Under the pieces are notes generated by a model, which worked only from the letters and a program-made list of their open reading frames with translations, did not search any database and had not been told where the DNA came from. Made by a program: the position numbers and the translations under genes. A stretch of 64,000 nt of DNA from Endomicrobiales bacterium (lineage in GTDB: Bacteria; Elusimicrobiota; Endomicrobiia; Endomicrobiales; CAWCFT01): contig CAWCFT010000015.1 in NCBI GenBank assembly GCA_963794945.1, forward strand, positions 1 to 64,000. Reading direction: 5' to 3'. Numbering within the stretch: the stretch's first letter is position 1; each line of letters starts with the position of its first letter. Positions 40,172 to 50,118 of this stretch are shown piece by piece.

Positions 40172-41434
40172 TTACTTTGTACTGCCTGTCAAAACCGTCC
40201 CTCTGACTGCAAATGTAGTCTCTGAGCTACCTTGCAGATAATTAATGATAATAGATTCAATTATCTTGATATTTTTATTTATGTCGAAATACTTTAAGAC
40301 ATTTTCCCTGCCTTTCCTTCCCATTTCAAGCCTGAGATCTTTGCGTTTAATTAGCTCAATGATTCTGCATCCCAAAGAATTAAAATCACCAATATCAATC
40401 TTGAAACCGTTCACATTGTTTGTAGTAGTCTCACTAAGCCCGCGGTTATTAGTTACAATTACCGGTTTAGCACAAGATTCTGCCTCCAATGTAGCCATGC
40501 CCAATGCTTCAGGCAACGTGTTGGGACAATGGACAAAAATGTCTATGCCCTGCAAAATGTCCAGAACATCATTTCGCCAACCCGTAAACACAATATTCTT
40601 TTCAATTCCGAGTTCCATCGCTATGTTTTCATATTTATATTTCAAAGACATCTGTCCTGGCTCAGCATCAAGGTCGTCTCCTACTATCAAAAATACGGCA
40701 TTTGGACATTCCTTAATAACGTTCTGTGCGGCTTTCAATATATCATCGTGACCTTTGCCTTTTTGAAACCTTGAGATAGCCCCGATTACGACCTGTTCTT
40801 GTGATAATCCGAATTCATTTCTTATTTTATTATTTTGATTATTAGGGACGAATACATCTGGATTTACTCCTTCATACACACGCATCATTCTTTTATAAGG
40901 TAATTTATTCTTTTTATGGATATCTACTTCAGCATCTGATGACGCTATGAAATAATCTGCAAAATATGACAAAAAATGCCTGAGCCTATTACTTTGCACG
41001 TCCCCCGTTCCTGATTTTCTAACAAAACAAGGTATACCTGCAAATATGCAGGCAAAAACTGTTGATGGGAAGAATATGACTTCCCCGTTTAATAATACCG
41101 CGTTAATTTTCTTCGAACGCATAATTGATATTAGTTTTACCGTTTCTGGTATTACTTCTCTTAGAAGGAACAATCCATACAAGATATATTTGAGCAGCCG
41201 GAGCCGTTTCTTTTCAAGCCAATATGCTAAAGCAGCGTTAAGCTTCCAACTTTTACTTTGTACAAGGATCACTTCCGTCCCTATATTTCTAAATTTAGAG
41301 ATCATTAAAGAGTTTTTCAAATATACCATAACGGGTGTAAATTTTGTCTTGTCCAGTGATTTCACGAAATTCATTAGATATGTAGCCGACCCTCCACACC
41401 AGCTGCCCCTTTCTGCTATAAGTAGATTTATCAT
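40172..41434 (-). CDS. GT4 glycosyltransferase
   Basis: 'SRFQKGKG', 'FTGWR', 'EALGMATLEA..CAKPVI'. Confidence 0.88.
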   Translation of the reverse strand: MINLLIAERGSWCGGSATYLMNFVKSLDKTKFTPVMVYLKNSLMISKFRNIGTEVILVQSKSWKLNAALAYWLEKKRLRLLKYILYGLFLLREVIPETVKLISIMRSKKINAVLLNGEVIFFPSTVFACIFAGIPCFVRKSGTGDVQSNRLRHFLSYFADYFIASSDAEVDIHKKNKLPYKRMMRVYEGVNPDVFVPNNQNNKIRNEFGLSQEQVVIGAISRFQKGKGHDDILKAAQNVIKECPNAVFLIVGDDLDAEPGQMSLKYKYENIAMELGIEKNIVFTGWRNDVLDILQGIDIFVHCPNTLPEALGMATLEAESCAKPVIVTNNRGLSETTTNNVNGFKIDIGDFNSLGCRIIELIKRKDLRLEMGRKGRENVLKYFDINKNIKIIESIIINYLQGSSETTFAVRGTVLTGSTK

Positions 41435-41466
41435 GTTTTAGTCCTTTTTGACACTGATCTCTGAGC

Positions 41467-42450
41467 TTAATCCGCCCCCAGTTTCATTGTTATTGATATT
41501 TTATTCATATTCCCCAGATCTGAATCTGGTATAAAGGCATAGTCAATACGGACTTCACTCGCATATAGAAATACTACGTCCAATTGTTTTAGGCTCAAGC
41601 CTATACCTGTTGTTAGTCCGCCAATATCCGAGTATAAGGAATTATATCCTACGCGCAGGTATATGGCGCTATCACAATTATATTCAGCTCCGAAATTGTA
41701 CTCTGTTTTAGAATCGTCCGGCTCATTCATATCTGCGTTAATAGTAATTTTCTGATCGAACGGTTTCAGGCTCGCGCTATATTTTGTATTAGCCGGAAGG
41801 GCGAATTCTTCACTGTCATATTTGATATTTTGACCAATGTTCTGTCTGCTGATACCTAAACTGAAGTTGTAATCCGGTATCTTCCAGATAATCCCCAAAT
41901 CGATCGCCATAGCTTTTGCATCAATATCCATTATTTCTTCGGTGACGAACTTTACGCTCGCCCCTAGCGCGATATCGCCTGTAGAGTCGCCATCGAATAT
42001 GGATTTAGCGTAAGCTCCAATGAGCAATTGATCGCGTGCGTAGAAACCTCCGGTTAAATTGCCGAGAGCATCCCTGCCAGTAATCTGCCCGGAATTTAAG
42101 TCAGAAAATGCTACTGCAATAGTACCCAAATCCTTTATATTTGCAGACCTTACATCATGAAGATTGTACGCTATGCCGCCGTATTGTTGACTCATACCCT
42201 GCCATTGTTCATTAGAGAACGTAACTTCTGTATTGTCTATATATGCAAGGCCGGCCGGATTGTAGTACAAGCAGCAGATTTCACTATCTAATCCAGAATA
42301 AGTCTCTCCCATGGCTGAAGTTTTCGCGTCAGGAATAACCTCTAGTATTTGCGCTCCCGTACTGCCCGGCCCGTCCGCCAAAGTGTTTTTTGAGAGCAAT
42401 ATCAAGGAACAAAATAGCAAGCTTTGTAAAATCTCCGTTCCGATCTTCAT
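41467..42450 (-). CDS. PorV/PorQ (UPF0164)-like outer-membrane beta-barrel, canonical type
   Basis: 'GSTGAQIL...AKTSAMGE......LYYNPAGLA', 'AIDLG', 'QNIG', 'LP', 'FGAEY', 'LRVGY', 'IDYAF...DLG'. Confidence 0.85.
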   Translation of the reverse strand: MKIGTEILQSLLFCSLILLSKNTLADGPGSTGAQILEVIPDAKTSAMGETYSGLDSEICCLYYNPAGLAYIDNTEVTFSNEQWQGMSQQYGGIAYNLHDVRSANIKDLGTIAVAFSDLNSGQITGRDALGNLTGGFYARDQLLIGAYAKSIFDGDSTGDIALGASVKFVTEEIMDIDAKAMAIDLGIIWKIPDYNFSLGISRQNIGQNIKYDSEEFALPANTKYSASLKPFDQKITINADMNEPDDSKTEYNFGAEYNCDSAIYLRVGYNSLYSDIGGLTTGIGLSLKQLDVVFLYASEVRIDYAFIPDSDLGNMNKISITMKLGAD

Positions 42451-42493
42451 TGTTCGATTCCTTTGTGGCGATTGTTGTTTTTATACTAACTTG

Positions 42494-42843
42494 CTATTTT
42501 ATTACAGCAATTTGCCGCTACAGCTGCCGCCGCCTGTTATTATGTAAATATATATGCCTGAGGCAACTCCTGACCCATTGCTATTCGAAAGGTCCCAGGT
42601 TGTGCTGCCGTTTTGTGTTGTAATTTGTTTGTCATAGATAAGCTCGCCTGTAGTTTTATATATCTTTATCCGTACTGAGCCCGTAAGGTTATCGAATGTT
42701 ATCTTCGTATGGCCCAGCTTAGCCTGAAATGGATTAGGGTATACTATTACGTTATCAAGATTTGGAGATAATGCCCCAGATAATTGATTCGCTATTAAAG
42801 GAACCACGCAGACGGCCAATACAATAAACACTAGTCTTTTCAT
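42494..42843 (-). CDS. Signal peptide + stand-alone T9SS-type-A-like C-terminal domain (subtype A)
   Basis: 'VYPNPF', 'IKIY..TGEL', 'WD', 'VASGIYIY'. One extra A in the AAA run near 42511 would give the typical end GKIAVIK-stop at 42494 (the ORF track ends at 42502). Confidence 0.85.
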
Positions 42844-42857
42844 ATATATTTCACCTT

Positions 42858-44999
42858 TTAGTTATAGTTGTAGTAGTAATCGTATATATATCTGGGCATG
42901 TAATACTGCACATTTGTTAAAACGAAACCCATTACTCTTGTGTCAATATGCTGCAATTTCTCTAATGCTAGTGTTACATCTTTCTTTTTTGCGCGGCCTG
43001 CCTGTATCACCATTATCACCGCATCTGCAAGCCTGCTCATGATGGAAGCATCCGGCAGATTGGTAATGGGAGGGGAATCGATAATAATATAATCATATAT
43101 TTCCTTTAATTTTTTCATAAGAACATCCATTTCCGGAGAATCCAGCAGTTCGGATGGCCTTTCGTTCCTGCCACCGGCAGGTAGTACAGAAAGATTACTA
43201 ATTTTAGTGTTCCTTATAGCCAAATCCGCACCTATTTCACCGGACAAAACGCTAATTAGCCCTTTTGAGACCGGCAGAGAAAATAAATTACCTATCGTCC
43301 CCTTTCTGAGATCGCAGTCTAATAGGAGAGTTCTTCTGCCGCTATCGGCTATTGCAGTAGCGAGGTTAGAAGAGGTCGTACTTTTTCCTTCGCCTCTTAG
43401 AGTACTGGTCAACATGAGCGTTTTAGGGGGCATTTGCTCATCCGTACCGTGAAATATATGTGTCCGCAGTATTCGGAATTCATCCGAGATCACACAATTC
43501 GGCTCATGGAATACAACTAATTGTGCAGAAATAGTCTTATCACGTATTTTCTTTGCTATATGCGGCGATACAAAACTCAGCCCAGACAGCATTTTATTAG
43601 TATTTACAAGTTTTTTGATCCATTCTTTGAACTTCAAGAACATATTGATTTTATTTCTATCCTGCTCCATTACCATTTTTGAGACCGAGCTAAGCAATGG
43701 AATACCTAAAATATCCTGAACCTGTTCTTTTGTTTGGAAAGCATCACTAATATTTTCAACCGCGAACACCAGCCCAAAACCGGTAAGCGACCCTAGCACT
43801 AAACCCATAAACGCGATCATCGCAATTTTGGGTTTTATAGGTTGCAGCGGCAGGCGAGCATATTCTATCACGGCGAACTTGTCCCCCTTGTCGGTATCTT
43901 CAAGTCTTTCCGAAACGTAAGCAGATTCAAGCTGCCTTAGCAGCATTTTGTAAATGTCTTCATCCACCATTCTGTTCCTTTCGAGATTAGCCAGCTCCTC
44001 TTCGCTGATATTTTCTGGTACTTTTTTTCCCTGACTTTCCATATCCTGCAAATGGTTTTTTAGATATTCAATCTCCATCTCAACCTTTGCCAACTCCTGT
44101 TTAGACTCCAAATATGTCGGGTTCAACACGTATGCATTTGGTTTAGTGTTTGAACTCTCAACCTCTGTATTAATTTTGTCTTTAATACTTTGAATCTCAT
44201 TTTGTATATCCAGAACCCTAGGGTTGTTTTCTTTAGCGTCGTAACTAACTCTCGCTAGTTCAGCTTCAAGTGTTCCAAGGCGGGACTTCAGCTGGAAAAG
44301 CACTGTGTTTTGCTCGTTCGCCGCTTGAGAAGGAATTATCTTTTGAGTATTCTGTATTCTTTCCATAATAAGCAGCTTCTTATTTCTTGCCGCCCTAAGA
44401 TCGGCGTCCATCTTGTTCAACATTACATTTACCTGCGAATTATCAAGCTTACTCCTGTATATAGCTAGCTGCTGCTGAATGAAATCGATAGCGCTCCTTG
44501 AATCTTGTTTCTGCAAACTGGAATTGGTATCGATAAGCTCCTGCGTGAGGGCGTTCACCACCTTTTGAGCTTTAACAGGATCGTTATCCTGAAATGCTAT
44601 CTCAACAATATCCCTATACTTTAATCCGATCCTTATTTTATTTTTAAATGATTTAATAAATCTTTCTCGTTCGGGAGCCAACTGTATTTTATCGGCTAGA
44701 TGCAGATGTGTAACAAGCTCTTCAAGCTTTGGCCATGCCGTTATCTGTTTTTCAAGTGTACCGATAAACGCATTATCTCTGTCCGGGTTGGGTTGTGACT
44801 CTTTTACAACAGGTTCGATTATGTTCTTAGATTTTATCTCTACGAGTGAACTTGTTTCATACGTCTTGGGGAGAATGGATCCTATTAAGAGCGCAGTTAT
44901 AAATATTACAAATGCAGGAACGATAAAAAGTTTTAGCCTTCTTATCACAACACCCGCGATTTCTTCAAAATTTGGTTGTGCTGTCATTTCTCTATCCAT
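42858..44999 (-). CDS. wzc: Wzc polysaccharide co-polymerase / BY-kinase
   Basis: Wzz-like TM and coiled coil, 'GEGKSTT', 'DCDLR', 'IIDSPP', and a Tyr-rich tail 'YYMPRYIYDYYYNYN'. Confidence 0.92.
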   Translation of the reverse strand: MDREMTAQPNFEEIAGVVIRRLKLFIVPAFVIFITALLIGSILPKTYETSSLVEIKSKNIIEPVVKESQPNPDRDNAFIGTLEKQITAWPKLEELVTHLHLADKIQLAPERERFIKSFKNKIRIGLKYRDIVEIAFQDNDPVKAQKVVNALTQELIDTNSSLQKQDSRSAIDFIQQQLAIYRSKLDNSQVNVMLNKMDADLRAARNKKLLIMERIQNTQKIIPSQAANEQNTVLFQLKSRLGTLEAELARVSYDAKENNPRVLDIQNEIQSIKDKINTEVESSNTKPNAYVLNPTYLESKQELAKVEMEIEYLKNHLQDMESQGKKVPENISEEELANLERNRMVDEDIYKMLLRQLESAYVSERLEDTDKGDKFAVIEYARLPLQPIKPKIAMIAFMGLVLGSLTGFGLVFAVENISDAFQTKEQVQDILGIPLLSSVSKMVMEQDRNKINMFLKFKEWIKKLVNTNKMLSGLSFVSPHIAKKIRDKTISAQLVVFHEPNCVISDEFRILRTHIFHGTDEQMPPKTLMLTSTLRGEGKSTTSSNLATAIADSGRRTLLLDCDLRKGTIGNLFSLPVSKGLISVLSGEIGADLAIRNTKISNLSVLPAGGRNERPSELLDSPEMDVLMKKLKEIYDYIIIDSPPITNLPDASIMSRLADAVIMVIQAGRAKKKDVTLALEKLQHIDTRVMGFVLTNVQYYMPRYIYDYYYNYN

Positions 45000-45021
45000 T
45001 TTATCCCTCTGCTGTAATGGT

Positions 45022-45738
45022 CTATTGCGCCTGTACAGTTGTCGGTAGTGCGGCCTGCCGCGCCATTGGAACAGCCTGTAAAGGACTGATCAAATCGCTA
45101 ATAAATGTAATTAAATATCCCCATAATGTTTTAGGCACATATACAATATCTCCGGGCTTTACTGTTATATTGTATTTCGTTTCACCGCGGTAAAGTATCC
45201 TATAAAGATTAACCACATGCTGGACCGGCCTGCTATTAGAAGAAGAGATTACGTACACCCTTTTCGTTGCGGCAAAACGTGAGGGCAGTGCCGCTAATAC
45301 TATCGCGTCCCGAACTGTTATATTTTTACCTCCGGTTGAATACTTTCCTGGGAGGTTCACTTCGCCAAGCACATAGATTACTTCGCTTGAATAGCGAGTA
45401 ATATCTATTGTTACCTGCGGGTTATTTATGAACTGCCCAAACAGTTCTTTACAGGCTGATTCCGCTGACCTTTTCGTAAGGTGCGCTAATTTTAGCTCGC
45501 CTATGCTTGGTATCAGTATGTTGCCACTGGGCCTTATTGTATATTCACCGTTCCATTCCGGATGCCTTTCGACAGATATTTTAATTGCATCGTCAGGACC
45601 TAAAATATAATCTTCGGCCGAATTATCATCAATTGTATTTTGAAAAGCGCTTTTTTTCATTGTTGCGCATGACGAAATGAACAATAAGAATAAGCCCACC
45701 GAGAGCACAAATAGTCTATGAACATTTCCGACATTCAT
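45022..45738 (-). CDS. wza: Polysaccharide export lipoprotein (Wza/Poly_export + SLBB)
   Basis: Lipobox 'ISSC', 'YILGPDD', 'IYVLGEV..PG', 'PGDIVYVP'. Start set at ATG 45738 after GAGG. Confidence 0.88.
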   Translation of the reverse strand: MNVGNVHRLFVLSVGLFLLFISSCATMKKSAFQNTIDDNSAEDYILGPDDAIKISVERHPEWNGEYTIRPSGNILIPSIGELKLAHLTKRSAESACKELFGQFINNPQVTIDITRYSSEVIYVLGEVNLPGKYSTGGKNITVRDAIVLAALPSRFAATKRVYVISSSNSRPVQHVVNLYRILYRGETKYNITVKPGDIVYVPKTLWGYLITFISDLISPLQAVPMARQAALPTTVQAQ

Positions 45739-45848
45739 GTCTTCCTCATTTAAACAGTTCTTTTTGGCATATTTCCCGACAGCCAAAGCGAGTAAATACA
45801 TTTTTCACCATATCTTGCATCGAACACATGCTGCGTATATTAGCCATA

Positions 45849-47223
45849 TTAAGTTCTTACAAGAGTTTTCGAATAACCTGAATTAGTATTTATTTTGATA
45901 ACATTTTTGAACAATTGCTTGTATGTACTGTGAATATTTAATAAGCCCGACAATTTGGTACTGCCATCAGGACTTGCTAAAATCATGATTGGAAATGAAT
46001 TTAACCATTCATACCAATCTTCACGCAAGATATTTTCTGCGGACTGTTGCTCGTAACCGTAACGATCCTCACCCTGAACTTGCTTTACGTATAATCTGTT
46101 CAAAGGTTCGTTTGAAACCTCTAATAATATTTTCTGCGAATCTGTAATTTTATTTTCATTTAAATAATGTTGTGCTATCAAAATAGGAGCTAAAATGGCC
46201 TCCAATGTATCTGGATATTCTCTTTGTATTATTCTGTACTCTTTTGATGCGTCATCCCAACTTCCGATATCTTCGAACCCCATGCCCATAGATAATATCG
46301 CGTGTGCGCAAACTGAATTATCATATTTGTATTGCTTTAATATCGAAGCGTACTCAGATTCAGCGCGCTTTAACTCCCCTCTAAGCATGAATAAGTACGC
46401 CATGTCGATCTTGAGATTTTTTATCAATGCGTCGCCTTGGTAACCATCTAATATTATTTGAAATTCAGCCAATGATTTATCGTAATTTTTGAGCACATCT
46501 CTATTTATCAATGCCGCTCTGTATAAAGCTAAAGCGGCGTTTTCGCTATTGTGATATTTCCTTGCCATGAATTCCAATGCTTCGACAGCTTTTTTCCAGT
46601 TTCCTCTGTTTGCATATGCAGTGATAATTAAATACTGTAGAATCGGTACTTGCTTACCATGCGGGTCTTTATTTATAAGCGTATCGTATTCTTTTATAGC
46701 AGATTCGTATGCCACTTCGCTTTCTATAAGCATATCGTGATCGCTATAATGGCGTGCTATATACAAAGGCATCGCAAGCGCCGTTACAGTGTTAGGGTGT
46801 TTCCCCATGATGTCCTTATATTCCGCTGCCTGCTCCGCTCCAGTCACCGGTATTCTCTAGAATCAAACCGGATTTAAACATGGCCATAGAGCAAAGATTT
46901 TCATGATCCGGATAATTTGAGCATACTTTCTTGTATTCCATATCGGCGTTTCTTAAATCACCTCTCGATTCGAATAACTCGCCTATTTTGTATTGTATAT
47001 CCGCTGCCTTTTCCCACGAAGGATATTTAGTCAGTATTTTTTCGAATGCGCCGATCATTTTTGAGAATTCATTTTGAGACACACTGTCCGGAGATTCAAT
47101 GACGGAAGCATATTCCCTGCTTGTTTTCCAGTACATTTTTTCGGCGCTATAGCTACCTCTGCAAGAAGTAAGCCCTAGCCCAATTAATACGCAAGCAATA
47201 TACGCCCGGACTGTTGTTATCAT
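45849..47223 (-). CDS. TPR lipoprotein (BamD/CpoB-like repeats); frameshift near 46840
   Basis: ATG overlaps the upstream stop (ATGA). Lipobox 'LTSC'. Repeated 'xxYPxxxxA' TPR units. Confidence 0.75.
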
Positions 47224-48056
47224 ACGGCCATACCTCTGTTTTCGGACTCCTTGTACATTAACAGCACTAAAGCCGCCGATGAAGTAACAATAAAATCCAT
47301 AGCTGTCGTAAACATTATCCTTGCTGCAAGCACCCAAAGCACGGCCTCGGGAAATAATGCCTCTATAAGATATGCCATTTTAAAATGAATGTAATTTACG
47401 GGGATTAAGAGCACGCTTGGTATAAGTATAACGGCGAACGATATCATCGGATATTCCTTAACCACCATAAATGATCTCGCGATAGAATTAATTGGCTTTT
47501 TGTTCTCCATTATGATTGAAGGTATTGAGTAAACAAACAGTGTTTGCGTAAATATATTTATTATGAATTGCACATAAAATAGAAATGTCGGAGTATGCGC
47601 TATAATGTCAAAACTGCTGACAACTTTCATAACCAGGCCACTAAAAGCGATTATTAAAATCCACACAAACAGCATCCGTGAATATTTTTTTAGAGCTTTT
47701 GAAATACCGAACCTCCAGCTAACCTTCATTTTTCTTGAAACTTGAAATATCATCGCTAAAGTAATGCCGCTAAAAAGCAGCCCTGTAATAAAAGAACACA
47801 CATTTTTAGCGTAATTGTACATTTCTGGCAATAAAATGAAGTTAACCGGATAGTGCAGGTATTCTTCTCCCCAGAGTAATCTTATTACCGGTGCCGCTAA
47901 TATCGAAATGGGTGGCCTGGGAGCATAAAATAATATAGCCAAAAGCGTCAGATCAAAGATTCCCATCAGAATAAATGGTGCCGCTATGACCGGATACATG
48001 CTTAGTGACTGTATAAGTTCGTTAAACAACTTTAATATATTTATATTACTTTTCAT
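47220..48056 (-). CDS. Hypothetical integral membrane protein
   Basis: Six or seven hydrophobic segments, no recognised motif. Confidence 0.75.
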   Translation of the reverse strand: MKSNINILKLFNELIQSLSMYPVIAAPFILMGIFDLTLLAILFYAPRPPISILAAPVIRLLWGEEYLHYPVNFILLPEMYNYAKNVCSFITGLLFSGITLAMIFQVSRKMKVSWRFGISKALKKYSRMLFVWILIIAFSGLVMKVVSSFDIIAHTPTFLFYVQFIINIFTQTLFVYSIPSIIMENKKPINSIARSFMVVKEYPMISFAVILIPSVLLIPVNYIHFKMAYLIEALFPEAVLWVLAARIMFTTAMDFIVTSSAALVLLMYKESENRGMAV

Positions 48057-48089
48057 TCAAACATTTACCCCTACTTCGAAGCATCATAA

Positions 48090-50048
48090 TTAAATAACAG
48101 AAAGGAATTTTTCAACCATGTATGGGTTGAACTGTGTCCCAGAGCTTTCATTTAGTATTTTAATTGTTGCATCCTTTCCAAATGCCTTATGGTATGGACG
48201 GTCTGAGATCAGTGCTTGAAAAGTATCCACGATCGAGACTATTTGTGCGCCTACCGGTATCTCCTCGTCTTTCATGCCAAGCGGATAACCTTTTCCGTCC
48301 CAATGCTCGTGATGGTAAAGCACGAAAGGCAATACACTATACAGCGTATGAACAGGCCGAATAATATCCGCGCTTATTATTGGGTGCTCCTTCAACAAGG
48401 ACATTTCCTTATTTGTAAGTTTTTCGGTTTTTGTTAGTATTGTTTCGCTTATACTCACCTTGCCAAGATCGCGGAGAAGCACAGCTTGTTTGATAAGATT
48501 TATATCTTCCTTTGGAACAGCCATTCTTTCTGCGAGTTTTATGGCCAGATACACTATCTGCTCTAATAATTCAACAGAATAATTGTCTTTGATACTAGTC
48601 GATTTTGAGAACGCAAAAACAGCCTCCACCATACTCTGGCTCATCCTCTTGTTAAGCCTTTCGATTTTTTCCTTTATATTTGTTGCGTCACCATCTTTAA
48701 ATCCCCTATCCGTTATCCTCGAAATATCAAGCGAAGAATACACTCTATTCCCTCCATATTCTTTAGCTTTGTTCAGTAGTTGGTTTGCAAGACCAAGAAG
48801 CTCTGAGGCATTCCTAACGTTATCTTCAGGGTAGGACACAATCGAAGCACTGAAGGTCACCCTGATGCGATTCTTGCTGTTGCCAAAAAGACCGTTGCTT
48901 ACCTCATCTATCAATCTTTGACCAAAAAGTATCGCTGATATTCTATCGGTATCAAGGCAAACAATAGCGAACTCTTCACCGCCGAACCGTACGGCTGTAT
49001 CTTGCTCTCTAGCGGCCAGCTTGATTTTTTTTGCGAACTGAGTCAATATAAGATCTCCAAACTGATGCCCGTAAACGTCGTTTATGCTTTTAAAATTATC
49101 AATATCCATCATTACTATAGAGAGTGATTTTCCAGTCCGTTTAGCCCTGAAATATTCAGTCTCGATTGTTTCCATCAAGTAGCGATGGTTGAAAAGTCCT
49201 GTGTGAGTATCGGTAAAAGCAAGTTTTGTCAGCCTATCATTTGAATCTAAAAGCTTTTGATTAAGCAACTCCAGTTCCTTCTCGTGATTCCTGGTTTCGG
49301 TTACGTCCCTGATAACTACCGCGATTTTTACAGCTTTCCCATTTTCATAAATAGGTATTTTTCTGGTCTCGCAGTAGGTTTCCTGGCTATTAACAATAAT
49401 GATCTCCTCCGTTATCATCGTTTTGCCGGTTTCAAAAACCCAATTATATTCATGCATCGTACTATCGCTAGCCGAGGTGTCATTGCTAACATTTGCATTT
49501 ATTTCTGACCCAATTACCTCAGACTTGTTTATTTCATATTTTTTCCTGTTGTCTAATATAACCCGGAAATCCCTGTCAATGAGAAATATGGTGTCTGCAG
49601 TTCCAGAAACACTGAAACCCTGCGCTGTCCTCTCGTTTTGCATTTTTTCGCCTATTTCATTTGCCGTGCATAATAATATGGACTGATTGTTATCTTTAAT
49701 CGGTATTAGGGTCAACATTGTTCCTACTTTGTTGCCTGTTTTAGACAAAAAGTCGCATTCAAAAGACTTTTTACTATTGATTATTGAATGATTTATACAA
49801 AGATACTGTATTTCATCTACAGCTTCAGTGGGGAATATTAGGCCGGATTTTAATGAAATATTACTCATTTCACCTCTTAAATATCCGAGAGCATTTTCGC
49901 ACTTCTTATTTGCATATAGCACTTTCTCTGAATTTGTAACTAATACTATTTCATCGGATTCATCCGCCATGGTTTTTAACATGTCCATGTTAAAATATGC
50001 TCCAGGCACTATATTCATTAATGTGTTTTTCACAATAAATGACCTCAC
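48090..50048 (-). CDS. PAS-PAS-GGDEF-HD-GYP c-di-GMP signalling protein
   Basis: 'DIDNFK.IND.YGH..GD', 'REQD.....GGEEF', 'LLRDLGK', 'HHEHWDGKGYP'. Confidence 0.92.
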   Translation of the reverse strand: MRSFIVKNTLMNIVPGAYFNMDMLKTMADESDEIVLVTNSEKVLYANKKCENALGYLRGEMSNISLKSGLIFPTEAVDEIQYLCINHSIINSKKSFECDFLSKTGNKVGTMLTLIPIKDNNQSILLCTANEIGEKMQNERTAQGFSVSGTADTIFLIDRDFRVILDNRKKYEINKSEVIGSEINANVSNDTSASDSTMHEYNWVFETGKTMITEEIIIVNSQETYCETRKIPIYENGKAVKIAVVIRDVTETRNHEKELELLNQKLLDSNDRLTKLAFTDTHTGLFNHRYLMETIETEYFRAKRTGKSLSIVMMDIDNFKSINDVYGHQFGDLILTQFAKKIKLAAREQDTAVRFGGEEFAIVCLDTDRISAILFGQRLIDEVSNGLFGNSKNRIRVTFSASIVSYPEDNVRNASELLGLANQLLNKAKEYGGNRVYSSLDISRITDRGFKDGDATNIKEKIERLNKRMSQSMVEAVFAFSKSTSIKDNYSVELLEQIVYLAIKLAERMAVPKEDINLIKQAVLLRDLGKVSISETILTKTEKLTNKEMSLLKEHPIISADIIRPVHTLYSVLPFVLYHHEHWDGKGYPLGMKDEEIPVGAQIVSIVDTFQALISDRPYHKAFGKDATIKILNESSGTQFNPYMVEKFLSVI

Positions 50049-50118
50049 GTATTATTATAAGAAAATTCATCAATCGCTGCGTTTTCAGCTAAAAAGACTT
50101 TGCATTCAACATCTTAAA

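Noticed and set aside
47220..48056. Exosortase
   Set aside because: It is multi-TM, but lacks the Cys...Arg...His/Asn catalytic arrangement (no 'C.G' or 'N..R' motifs).
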